This document shows, in pieces, positions 27,478-35,435 of a stretch of 63,622 bases of DNA. Within the stretch, counting starts at the first letter, position 1. Every line of letters starts with the position of its first letter. A program made the position numbers and the translations under genes. Source of the DNA: Vicinamibacterales bacterium (GTDB taxonomy: Bacteria > Acidobacteriota > Vicinamibacteria > Vicinamibacterales > UBA2999); assembly GCA_050748045.1 (NCBI GenBank), contig JBOGIW010000339.1, positions 1 through 63,622 on the forward strand, in the 5' to 3' direction. A model generated the notes under the pieces. The model made no database searches and was not told where the DNA came from. It saw only the letters and a program-made list of their open reading frames with translations.

Positions 27478-28614
27478 TTACCGTCCCATCGCGGGCCGCG
27501 GCGGCATCCCGGCCGGCCGGCCCATCCCGGCGCCGGCCACCACGCCGACGCCGCGGTTGATCAGGTCCTGCAGCTCGTCGCGGTTCGAGGAGGCGCCGAG
27601 CGACACCTCGAGCGAGATCTGCTTCTTCAGGTAGAGCGTCGCGAGCGACTGGTTCATCGTCTGCATGCCGACCTTCTCCTGGCCCGTCTGCATGGCGGAG
27701 TAGATCTGGTGAATCTTGTCCTCCCGGACGAGGTTCCGGATGGCGGGGGTCGGAATCATGATCTCGAGCGCCACGACGCGCCCGCCGCCGATCTTCGGCA
27801 GCAGCGCCTGGCAGACGATGCCCTCGAGCACGAGCGAGAGCTGCGTGCGGATCTGCGACTGCTGGTTCGCCGGGAAGATGTCGATGATGCGGTTGATCGT
27901 CTGCGCGGCCGAGTTCGTGTGGAGCGTCCCGAACGTCAGGTGGCCCGTCTCGGCAATCTTGAGCGCCGCCTCGACGGTCTCGAGGTCACGCATCTCGCCG
28001 ATGAGCACGATGTCCGGGTCCTCGCGGAGCGCCGCGCGCAGGGCGTTCGAAAAGCTCTGCGTATCGCTGTGCACCTCGCGCTGGTTCACGAGACAGTTCT
28101 GGTGCTGGTGGACGAACTCGATCGGGTCCTCGATGGTGAGGATGTGGTCGTGGCGCTCCTTGTTGATCTTGTCGATCATGGCGGCCAGCGTCGTCGACTT
28201 GCCGGACCCGGTCGGCCCGGTGACGAGCACGAGCCCGCGCGGACGCTCGGAGAGCGTCGCGATGACCGCGGGCAGCGCCAGCTCCGGGAAGCTGCGAATC
28301 TTCTCGGGGATGACGCGATACACCGCGCCCACGGCGCCCCGCTGGTTGAACATGTTGCAGCGGAAGCGCGCCAGCCCCTTCAGGCCGAAGGAGAAATCGA
28401 GCTCGAGGTGCTCCTCGAACCGCTTCTTCTGCAAGTCGGTCAGCACGCTGTAGGTGAGCTGCTTCGTCTCCGAGGGCGTCATCTCGCCCCCCTCGAGCCG
28501 CTGCAGGTGCCCGTGCACACGCACCTGGGGCGGGGTGCTGGTCGTGATGTGGAGATCCGAGCCCTCCATCTCTACGAGGGTCTTCAACAATTCGGGCAAC
28601 GTCGGCATATTCAT
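27478..28614 (-). CDS. pilT: Twitching-motility retraction ATPase PilT
   Basis: Walker A GPTGSGKST, plus HLTFGTLHTNSA and AIRNLVREDK motifs. Start at MNMPTL (28614). The C-terminus has a Gly/Pro/Met-rich extension. Confidence 0.92.
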   Translation of the reverse strand: MNMPTLPELLKTLVEMEGSDLHITTSTPPQVRVHGHLQRLEGGEMTPSETKQLTYSVLTDLQKKRFEEHLELDFSFGLKGLARFRCNMFNQRGAVGAVYRVIPEKIRSFPELALPAVIATLSERPRGLVLVTGPTGSGKSTTLAAMIDKINKERHDHILTIEDPIEFVHQHQNCLVNQREVHSDTQSFSNALRAALREDPDIVLIGEMRDLETVEAALKIAETGHLTFGTLHTNSAAQTINRIIDIFPANQQSQIRTQLSLVLEGIVCQALLPKIGGGRVVALEIMIPTPAIRNLVREDKIHQIYSAMQTGQEKVGMQTMNQSLATLYLKKQISLEVSLGASSNRDELQDLINRGVGVVAGAGMGRPAGMPPRPAMGR

Positions 28615-28794
28615 CTCAACTCCCCACTCTTCAACTCCCAACTCCCAACTTCCAACGTCCAATCCTCAACTTCCAACTCCCAACTCCCAACTTCCAACTC
28701 CCAATCCTCCAACTCCCAACTCCCAATCCTCGACTCCCAATCTCGACTCCCAATCCTCGACTGCCAATCTCCACTTCCAATCCTCGACTCCCAA
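28615..28794. repeat. About 25 degenerate heptanucleotide tandem repeats (CTCCCAA/CTTCCAA/TCCTCAA on the plus strand) abutting the pilT start codon
   Basis: Read directly from the sequence. The heptad register holds from 28615 to ~28794 with one 8-mer slip. On the pilT-sense strand the units read UUGGGAG, UUGGAAG and UUGAGGA. Confidence 0.9.
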
Positions 28795-28904
28795 AACGAC
28801 TGCGCGTGCGCCACGAGCCTGCTCGCAACCAATGAATGAAAGGGGTGCGTGCTCGGGCCGATTGGCAAGGTAAGACGGCGCGTGAGCGCACAAGCGACGT
28901 TTCC

Positions 28905-28929
28905 TTGGGAGTTGAGAGTTGGGAGTTGA
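28905..28929. repeat. Three inverted copies of the pilT-leader heptad (TTGGGAGTTGAGAGTTGGGAGTTGA), immediately after the pilB stop
   Basis: This is the reverse complement of the 28615-28794 repeat unit. On the mRNA it reads UCAACUCCCAACUCUCAACUCCCAA. Confidence 0.85.
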
Positions 28930-28930
28930 A

Positions 28931-30688
28931 TCATTTCACCGTCTCCCTCACCACTTCCTCGATCGTCGTGAGGCCGTCCTTGATTTTCCGCAGCCCGCTG
29001 TCGCGCAGCGTGATCATCCCGTCCTCGATCGACTTGCGCCGGAGCTCGAGGGCGGATGCGCCGACGAGGATCAGCTCGCGCAGCTCCTCGGTGACCTCCA
29101 TCACCTCGTAGAGGCCGACGCGTCCCTTGTAGCCGGTGTTGTTGCACTTGTCGCAGCCCTTGCCCCGGTTGGGGACCACCGCCTTGGCGTCCTGCGGGCT
29201 GAAGCCGGCCTGCGCGAGCGCCTGTGGCGGCGTGGGGTGGGGTTCCTTGCAGGCGGCGCAGATGCGGCGCACGAGGCGCTGCGCGCAGATGAGCTGGAGG
29301 GAGCTGGCCACCAGGAACGGCTCGATGCCCATGTTCATGAGGCGGTTCACCGTGCTCGGCGCGTCGTTGGTGTGGAGCGTCGAGAGCACGAGGTGGCCCG
29401 TGAGCGCCGCCTTCACGGCGATCTCCGCCGTCTCGAAGTCGCGGATTTCGCCGACGAGGATGATGTTCGGGTCCTGCCGCAGGAAGCTCCGGAGTGCGGC
29501 GGCGAAGTTGAGGCCGATCGACTCGCGCACCTGCACCTGGTTGACGCCCATCAGGTTGAACTCGACCGGGTCTTCGGCGGTCATGATGTTGGTGTCCACC
29601 GTGTTGACCTTCGAGATCGAGGAGTAGAGCGTGTTCGTCTTGCCGCTGCCGGTGGGACCCGTGACGAGCACCATGCCCCACGGCTTCCCGATCGCGGTCT
29701 CGAACTTCGTGAGCGACTCCTGCTCGAAGCCGAGCTTCGTCATGTCGAGCATCAGCTTGTTCTTGTCGAGCAGACGCATGACAATCTTCTCCCCGAAGAG
29801 CGTGGGGAGACACGAGACGCGGAAGTCGATGTCGCGAAGCTCGCCGTTGTCCTGGAAGCGGATCTTGATGCGGCCGTCCTGCGGAAGGCGCTTCTCCGCG
29901 ATGTCGAGCTTCGACATGATCTTGATGCGCGACGTGATCGCGTCCCGGTACTTCATCGGCGGCGCCATGATGTTGTAGAGCAGACCGTCGATGCGGTAGC
30001 GGACGCGCAGCTCCTTCTCGTAGGGCTCGATGTGGATGTCGCTTGCGCCCTTCTGGATCGCCGACATCAGGATCACGTTGACCAGCTTGATGACCGGGGC
30101 TTCCTCGCCCTGCCGCGCGAGCGCCTCGGCGCTGATCTCCTCGAACTCCTCGAGGACCTCGACGTCGCCGGCGTCGGCGAGCATCGGCATCTCGTCGAGC
30201 GCCTTCGACGCCAGCTCGAGCGCGCTCGGCCCCTCGGATTGCGCGGCCGCCGCCTTGCCCGCCTTGCTCCCGTAGTACTTCTCGATGGCCTCGATGACGG
30301 CCGTCTCGGAAGCCACCACCGGCTCGACGTTGTAGCCCGTCATGAACTTGATGTCGTCCATGGCGAACACGTTGGTGGGGTCGGTCATCGCGATCGTGAG
30401 CGTGGCGCCCGCCCGCGACAGCGGCACAATCTGGTACTTCTGGGCCGTCTCGGACGGCACGAGCTTCACCACCGCCGGATCGATCTCGAACTCGCCGAGG
30501 GCGATGGAAGGCACGCCGTACTGCTTGCTGAGCAGCGACGTGATCTCCTCGTCCTTCACGTGCCCGAGCTTCACCAGGTTGAAGCCGAGCTTCCCCCCGT
30601 GCTGGCGCTGATAGTTCAGCGCCTCCTGCAGTTGCTCGGGCGAGATGCGCTTCTCCTTGAGAAGCAGTTCACCGATCCGGACGGCCAT
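28931..30688 (-). CDS. pilB: Type IV pilus assembly ATPase PilB
   Basis: N-terminal T2SS-E N-domain ([24 protein letters not shown]), Walker A GPTGSGKT and a tetracysteine motif (CAACKEP...[12 protein letters not shown]). Start at ATG 30688. Confidence 0.93.
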   Translation of the reverse strand: MAVRIGELLLKEKRISPEQLQEALNYQRQHGGKLGFNLVKLGHVKDEEITSLLSKQYGVPSIALGEFEIDPAVVKLVPSETAQKYQIVPLSRAGATLTIAMTDPTNVFAMDDIKFMTGYNVEPVVASETAVIEAIEKYYGSKAGKAAAAQSEGPSALELASKALDEMPMLADAGDVEVLEEFEEISAEALARQGEEAPVIKLVNVILMSAIQKGASDIHIEPYEKELRVRYRIDGLLYNIMAPPMKYRDAITSRIKIMSKLDIAEKRLPQDGRIKIRFQDNGELRDIDFRVSCLPTLFGEKIVMRLLDKNKLMLDMTKLGFEQESLTKFETAIGKPWGMVLVTGPTGSGKTNTLYSSISKVNTVDTNIMTAEDPVEFNLMGVNQVQVRESIGLNFAAALRSFLRQDPNIILVGEIRDFETAEIAVKAALTGHLVLSTLHTNDAPSTVNRLMNMGIEPFLVASSLQLICAQRLVRRICAACKEPHPTPPQALAQAGFSPQDAKAVVPNRGKGCDKCNNTGYKGRVGLYEVMEVTEELRELILVGASALELRRKSIEDGMITLRDSGLRKIKDGLTTIEEVVRETVK

Positions 30689-30697
30689 GTGGAGCGT

Positions 30698-30790
30698 CTT
30701 GGGTCTTCGGTCCTTGGTCTTTGGTCCTTGGTCTTTGGTCCTTGGTGCCTTGGTCTTTGATTCCGTGGTCCTGGGATCGCTGGTCCAGGG
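30698..30790. repeat. Heptanucleotide tandem array GGTCYTT (about 8 clean units, then degenerate), 10-14 nt upstream of the pilB start
   Basis: GGTCTTC GGTCCTT GGTCTTT GGTCCTT GGTCTTT GGTCCTT GGTGCCT TGGTCTT ... On the mRNA the units are AAGGACC/AAAGACC. Confidence 0.88.
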
Positions 30791-30887
30791 GCCTTCCGGT
30801 ATCGAGTGCCGTCTCCAGTTCTTCAGGCCTGAGTGCGACTCGTGACACCGCGACTCGTGGAGCCTGACGGCGGGCTCGGCGGCCTCC

Positions 30888-30922
30888 AATCACGAATCAC
30901 GACTGCAGGATCACGAATTCAA
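30888..30922. repeat. Short heptad array AATCACG AATCACG ACTGCAG GATCACG AATTCAA, abutting the OMP stop codon
   Basis: Read directly from the sequence. It lies in the same intergenic region as the pilB leader array. Confidence 0.7.
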
Positions 30923-31989
30923 AAGCTCAGCCGGGCCGCCACGCCCCAGCCTCGGTCGTCCATGCTTCCGCCTCCGGCGACGTGCGCCTCGACGAACCAC
31001 CCCGCGCGAACGGCGATGCTGACGCCGGCCGTCGCCGCCCGTTCTCGGGCGCCAGCGGTGTTGAACCGTGCGCCGCCGCGCAGGGCCAGCCGCTCCCGCG
31101 CGACCCACAGCTCGGCGCCAATCGCCACGTTGCGGCGATCGCCCGACGCCGTCGCCAGCGTGGACAGGTCCGCATCGAGCGCCACGACGAGCGGCGGGCC
31201 GTCAGCCTGGGCGGCGTCATACGCGACACCCGCCCGAAACAGCCGATCGAGGCGCACGACGCCCGCCTCAAGCGCCAACTCCGGCTCGATCGCATTCCGT
31301 ACGAGCAGGCCCGCTCGAACCGGCCCGGCCGTGCCGATGAGCCCTACGTCCGCGCCAAAGGCGCCGTCGCCTTCGCCGCCCTCCAGCCCCTCCGCCCGGT
31401 CGAGCAGCTCCCCGGGCGGCAGCAGGCTGTCCCCGCTCCCCGCCCGCAGCGTGCCGCGCACGTATTTCAGCGTCGCCCCGGCATGTACGCCCGGCACGAG
31501 CGTCTGAATGAGTGTGATGCCCAATTGGCTGGCCAGGAGCGATCGCACCGGCGGTCCAGCCCGTCTATCTTCTCGGCTGCCACTTTCTGTCACTGTAGGG
31601 TCGAACGCCCCCTCGACGGGGCTCCGGGCGGGCCCCTGGACTCCGCTCGGAGCGGGCACGACGTCTGTAAGCCGAAGGCGGTAATAGCTGAACCCGAAGG
31701 GTGGCGTGCCCAACGCAAACCAGGTCGCCGTGTCACGCCGTGCAGGCAGCGCCTCGCTCGACTCCGTCGTGGCGCGGGCAAGCGCCATGTCGAGAAATGG
31801 GCCGGCCGCCAGACCGGCCGGATTCCACCAGGTCGCACTGCTGTCCGACGCGACGGCGACAAAAGCGCCGCCCATCCCGAGCGCCCGGCTGCCCACGGTT
31901 TCCACCACTTGCGCAGCGGCCCACGTGACCTGTGTCACGAGGACGCATGCACACACGGGAAGACAATGCTTCAGCTTCGGTGTGCTCAT
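30919..31989 (-). CDS. Outer-membrane beta-barrel protein (FadL/TodX- or PorV-like N-terminal motif, C-terminal Phe)
   Basis: Signal peptide, then RALGMGGAFVAVASDSSATWWNPAGLA. The protein has alternating beta-strand character and ends ...GVAARLSF. The start is ATG 31989 or TTG 32013. Confidence 0.6.
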   Translation of the reverse strand: MSTPKLKHCLPVCACVLVTQVTWAAAQVVETVGSRALGMGGAFVAVASDSSATWWNPAGLAAGPFLDMALARATTESSEALPARRDTATWFALGTPPFGFSYYRLRLTDVVPAPSGVQGPARSPVEGAFDPTVTESGSREDRRAGPPVRSLLASQLGITLIQTLVPGVHAGATLKYVRGTLRAGSGDSLLPPGELLDRAEGLEGGEGDGAFGADVGLIGTAGPVRAGLLVRNAIEPELALEAGVVRLDRLFRAGVAYDAAQADGPPLVVALDADLSTLATASGDRRNVAIGAELWVARERLALRGGARFNTAGARERAATAGVSIAVRAGWFVEAHVAGGGSMDDRGWGVAARLSF

Positions 31990-32020
31990 CGACGTATAAT
32001 TTTGATTGGTCAAAAACAGG

Positions 32021-32755
32021 ATGGTGAACCGAACCGCCCCGCCATCGTATCAGGAGTCTGAAAGGCTCCCAGCCCGGGTTGTCGGGGTCGTCCGCTCGCC
32101 GAGCGCAGTGTTTCCGCGCGTCATCGCACGTCCTCACTGGGCGGCCATGATGCTGGGGACCTTCCTCGTCCTGGCCGTCTGCAACGTGACGTTCATGGAG
32201 ACAACCGTCGGACGCCGGGCCCTGGTCGATCAGTGGGAACGCACCGCGCTCGCCTTCGGGCAGGAGGTGGACGACGATCGCTATGCCGAGCTGACCAGGC
32301 TCAGCGAGTACGGAGCCGCATACGCCGTGCTGAGCGCGCTCCTGGGCGGCCCGGTCCTGGCAATCGTGATCGCAACGCTCGTCTTCGGTGTCTTTAGCAG
32401 TGTGCGCCGGGGCAGCGCGACGTATGCCCAGGTCCTGGCGGTCGTCGCGCACGCCGGCGCGATCCTGGCCCTGCGGCAGGTCGTCGCCACGCCGGTCAAC
32501 TATGCCCGGGAAAGCCTGGCGAGCCCGACGACCCTCGGCCTGTTCTTCCCGATGCTCGACGAGGCGTCGCCGGCGGCGCGCTTCCTCGGGGCAATCGACC
32601 TGTTCGTGGCCTGGTGGGTGATCGTGCTCGCAATCGGCGTGGCCCTGCTCTATCGCCGTTCCGCGGGCTCGATCGGTCTGGCATTCATGGGCGTATACGT
32701 CGGCGTCGCGGCGGGGCTGGCGATTGCGATGACGCTGTCCGGGGGAGCGCTGTGA
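32021..32755 (+). CDS. Yip1-domain integral membrane protein
   Basis: Five hydrophobic segments. Size and topology resemble the Yip1 family. A TATAAT box sits at 31995-32000, 20 nt upstream of ATG 32021; TTG 32006 is an alternative start. Confidence 0.55.
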   Translation: MVNRTAPPSYQESERLPARVVGVVRSPSAVFPRVIARPHWAAMMLGTFLVLAVCNVTFMETTVGRRALVDQWERTALAFGQEVDDDRYAELTRLSEYGAAYAVLSALLGGPVLAIVIATLVFGVFSSVRRGSATYAQVLAVVAHAGAILALRQVVATPVNYARESLASPTTLGLFFPMLDEASPAARFLGAIDLFVAWWVIVLAIGVALLYRRSAGSIGLAFMGVYVGVAAGLAIAMTLSGGAL

Positions 32756-34098
32756 GTCGAAAGAGGAAGGTCATCATCGGTGTCGTGCTGCTGGTGCTCG
32801 TCGCGGGGGCCGTGAGCGCAGGCCTGTACTTGCGCCGCCCCACGCTGCTGACGGTGAGCACGGAGACAATCCGCACGCGCGACCTCCAGGCGATCGTCTC
32901 GGCGTCGGGAAAGATCCAGCCGAAGCGGCAGGTCAACATCAGCGCGAACACGATGGGCCGCGTCACCCGGCTCGCCGTGGAGGAAGGCCAGCGCGTCCGG
33001 CAGGGACAGTTCCTGCTGGAAATCGATCCACGCTCGCTGAGCGGCCAGCTCCAGCGCGGCGAGGCGAGCGTGGCCGCCGCGCAATCGTCGCTGCAACACG
33101 CGCGTACGCTCGTCGAGCAGGCGCGCGCGACCGTCGAGCTGGCGGAACAGAACCTGAAGCGCCAGCAAGAGCTCTGGAAGGAAGGCCTCACGACGCGCGA
33201 AACCCTCGAGCGCGCCCAGAACGACCTCGACGTGCGCCAGGCGGAGCTGCGCGCCCGGCAGCAGGAGGTCCAGACGCGCGAGCAGCAGATTCGCCAGGAG
33301 CAGGCCGGCCTGGAGACGACGCGCTACAACCTGAGCCAGATCGTCATCGAGTCGCCGATGGACGGGCTCGTCACGCGCCGCAATATCGAGCAGGGCGAGA
33401 ACGTCGTCGTCGGCACGATGAACAACGCCGGCACGGTCCTGCTGACGATTGCCGACATGTCGGTCATCGAGGCGGAGGTGGAGGTGGACGAGACCGACAT
33501 CCCGCACGTGCAGTTCGGGCAGCCCGCGATCGTCACCATCGACGCCGTCGAGGGGCGGACGTTCACGGGGCGCGTCACGGAGATCGGCAACAGCCCGATC
33601 CAGGCGGCGGCGGGCCAGGCGGCCACGGGCCAGCGGCAGGCGACGAACTTCAAGGTGGTCGTGACGCTCGACGGGGAGGTGCCGGAGGTGCGGCCGGGGT
33701 TCACGTGCACGGCCGAGGTCACGACGGCCACGCGCGCGCAGGCGGTCTCCGTGCCGATCCAGGCCCTCACCGTGCGCGAGATGCTCTTCGATGCAACGGG
33801 GACGCTCGTGCACGAGCCGCCGCCCGAACGCCGCCGCGGCCCCGCGGCCAGCGTCGAGCCGACGGTCTCGGCCGCGGAGCCGCCGCCGGGGCACACGCGC
33901 AAGGAAGTCGAGGGCGTGTTCGTGATGCGCGACGACCGGGCGGTGTTCGTGCCCGTCACCGTCGGGATTGCCGGCGAGCGCTATTTCGAAGTGCTGTCGG
34001 GGATCAAGGCAAGCGATCGCGTGATCACGGGGCCCTTCGCGTCGGTGCGGCAGCTCGCCGACGGCGAACGGGTCAAGGCAGAGGACAAGAAGCCGTGA
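32752..34098 (+). CDS. macA: Efflux periplasmic adaptor (HlyD/MacA family)
   Basis: N-terminal TM helix, a long coiled-coil hairpin (LQRGEASVAAAQSSLQHARTLVEQARATVELAEQNLKRQQEL...) and a beta-barrel domain. The GTG start overlaps the Yip1 stop (GTGA). Confidence 0.85.
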   Translation: MSRKRKVIIGVVLLVLVAGAVSAGLYLRRPTLLTVSTETIRTRDLQAIVSASGKIQPKRQVNISANTMGRVTRLAVEEGQRVRQGQFLLEIDPRSLSGQLQRGEASVAAAQSSLQHARTLVEQARATVELAEQNLKRQQELWKEGLTTRETLERAQNDLDVRQAELRARQQEVQTREQQIRQEQAGLETTRYNLSQIVIESPMDGLVTRRNIEQGENVVVGTMNNAGTVLLTIADMSVIEAEVEVDETDIPHVQFGQPAIVTIDAVEGRTFTGRVTEIGNSPIQAAAGQAATGQRQATNFKVVVTLDGEVPEVRPGFTCTAEVTTATRAQAVSVPIQALTVREMLFDATGTLVHEPPPERRRGPAASVEPTVSAAEPPPGHTRKEVEGVFVMRDDRAVFVPVTVGIAGERYFEVLSGIKASDRVITGPFASVRQLADGERVKAEDKKP

Positions 34099-34114
34099 TG
34101 CCCCGCCTGAGCGG

Positions 34115-35338
34115 ATGAATCAGATTTTCGAGTCCGTCGTCATCGCGCTCCAGGCCATCTGGGCCAACAAGCTGCGATCGTTCATGACCGTGCTCGGCAA
34201 CATCGTGGCCGTCACGTCCATCGTGACGGTCGTGTCGCTCATCCAGGGGATGAACGCGTACGTCACAAACGCGATCGTCTCGGACGTCGGGGCGGACTCG
34301 TTCACCATCCAGCAGTTCGGCGTCGTGACGTCGGACGAGGACTTCGACCGGGTGCGCGGCAACCCGCGCATCACGCTCGACGAGGCTGACGCGATCCGCC
34401 GCTTCAGCCCGGTGGTGGCCGCCGTCATGGCGCAGGCCCAGCGGGCCGGGCAGGTCACGTACAAGGACATCGTGCTCGACCGCGTGCAGGTCCAGGGCGT
34501 CACCGGCGAGTACGTGGAGTTCACGAACTTCGATGCCGAGCGCGGGCGGATGATGAGCCCGATCGAAGTCGAGCGGAGCCGGCCCGTGGCGATCATCGGC
34601 TGGCAGACGGCCGATCGCCTCTTCGGCCGCGAGGATCCCCTCGACAAGGTGATCAAGATCGAGGGCGTGCACTTCCGCGTCGTGGGCGTCAGCTCGAAGA
34701 AGGGGTCGTTCCTCGGCAACTCGCTCGACGAGATTGCGGTGATCCCGCTGAAGGCGTTCCAGAAGCTGTACGGCGCGCGCGCGCAGCTCTCGATCGTCGT
34801 GAAGCCGAAGGATCCCTCGCTCGTGCAGGCGGCCATGGACGACGCGACGGTGGCGCTCCGCGTGGACCGGCGGCTCAAGCCGAAGGAGCGCGACAACTTC
34901 GGCCTCTTCACGGCCGACACGCTCCTCGGCCTGTACCGCCAGGCAACGACCGGGATCTTCGCGGTGCTCGTCGGCGTCGTCGCGCTGTCACTCGTCGTCG
35001 GCGGCATCGTGATCATGAACATCATGCTGATGGTGGTGAGCGAGCGCACGCGGGAGATCGGGCTCCGCAAGGCGCTCGGCGCCCGCCGCGCGGACATCAT
35101 GTCGCAGGTGCTCACCGAGTCGGTGACGCTCTCGACCTTCGGCGGCGTCGTCGGGATCCTGCTCGGGTTCCTCGTCGCCCGCGGCATCGCCACGGTGACG
35201 CCGCTGCCGGCACGGCTGGAGCTGTGGTCGGTGGTCCTCGGGATCGGCATCACGGCCGCCGTCGGTCTCTTTTTCGGGGCGTATCCCGCCTCGCGCGCCG
35301 CGCGCCTGGATCCGATCGAGGCGCTGCGGCGGGAGTGA
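34115..35338 (+). CDS. MacB/FtsX-type ABC permease with periplasmic domain (no ATPase domain)
   Basis: N-terminus ALQAIWANKLRSFMTVLGNIVAVTSIV. C-terminal FtsX region ERTREIGLRKALGARRADI. Confidence 0.85.
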   Translation: MNQIFESVVIALQAIWANKLRSFMTVLGNIVAVTSIVTVVSLIQGMNAYVTNAIVSDVGADSFTIQQFGVVTSDEDFDRVRGNPRITLDEADAIRRFSPVVAAVMAQAQRAGQVTYKDIVLDRVQVQGVTGEYVEFTNFDAERGRMMSPIEVERSRPVAIIGWQTADRLFGREDPLDKVIKIEGVHFRVVGVSSKKGSFLGNSLDEIAVIPLKAFQKLYGARAQLSIVVKPKDPSLVQAAMDDATVALRVDRRLKPKERDNFGLFTADTLLGLYRQATTGIFAVLVGVVALSLVVGGIVIMNIMLMVVSERTREIGLRKALGARRADIMSQVLTESVTLSTFGGVVGILLGFLVARGIATVTPLPARLELWSVVLGIGITAAVGLFFGAYPASRAARLDPIEALRRE

Positions 35339-35358
35339 TCGAGAAGTCGACGTTCAAA

Positions 35359-35435
35359 ATTCGAGCTTCACGATTCACACATCGAAGTCAGAAGCCAGAA
35401 ATCAGCAGTCAGCAGTCGAAAGACAGAGGTCAGAC
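35359..35435 (+). repeat. Eleven heptads (ATTCGAG CTTCACG ATTCACA CATCGAA GTCAGAA GCCAGAA ATCAGCA GTCAGCA GTCGAAA GACAGAG GTCAGAC) running exactly up to the macB2 GTG
   Basis: Read directly from the sequence. The 7-nt register is uninterrupted to position 35435 and the start codon is at 35436. Confidence 0.8.

Noticed and set aside
28795-28904. A sigma-54 or sigma-70 promoter for pilT in the non-repetitive part of the pilB-pilT spacer (for example TGGCGC-ACGCG-CAGT on the minus strand).
   Set aside because: The -12 element is wrong (CAGT instead of TTGC), and no convincing -35/-10 pair was found. The promoter is left unassigned.
28615-28930. The repeat-rich pilB-pilT spacer as a CRISPR array or as small repeat-encoded proteins (ORFs 28631..28891 and 28666..28893).
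   Set aside because: The units are 7 nt with no spacers, so this is not a CRISPR array. The ORFs are simply translations of the heptads (GSWELGV...) on the non-transcribed-looking frame, with no start context.
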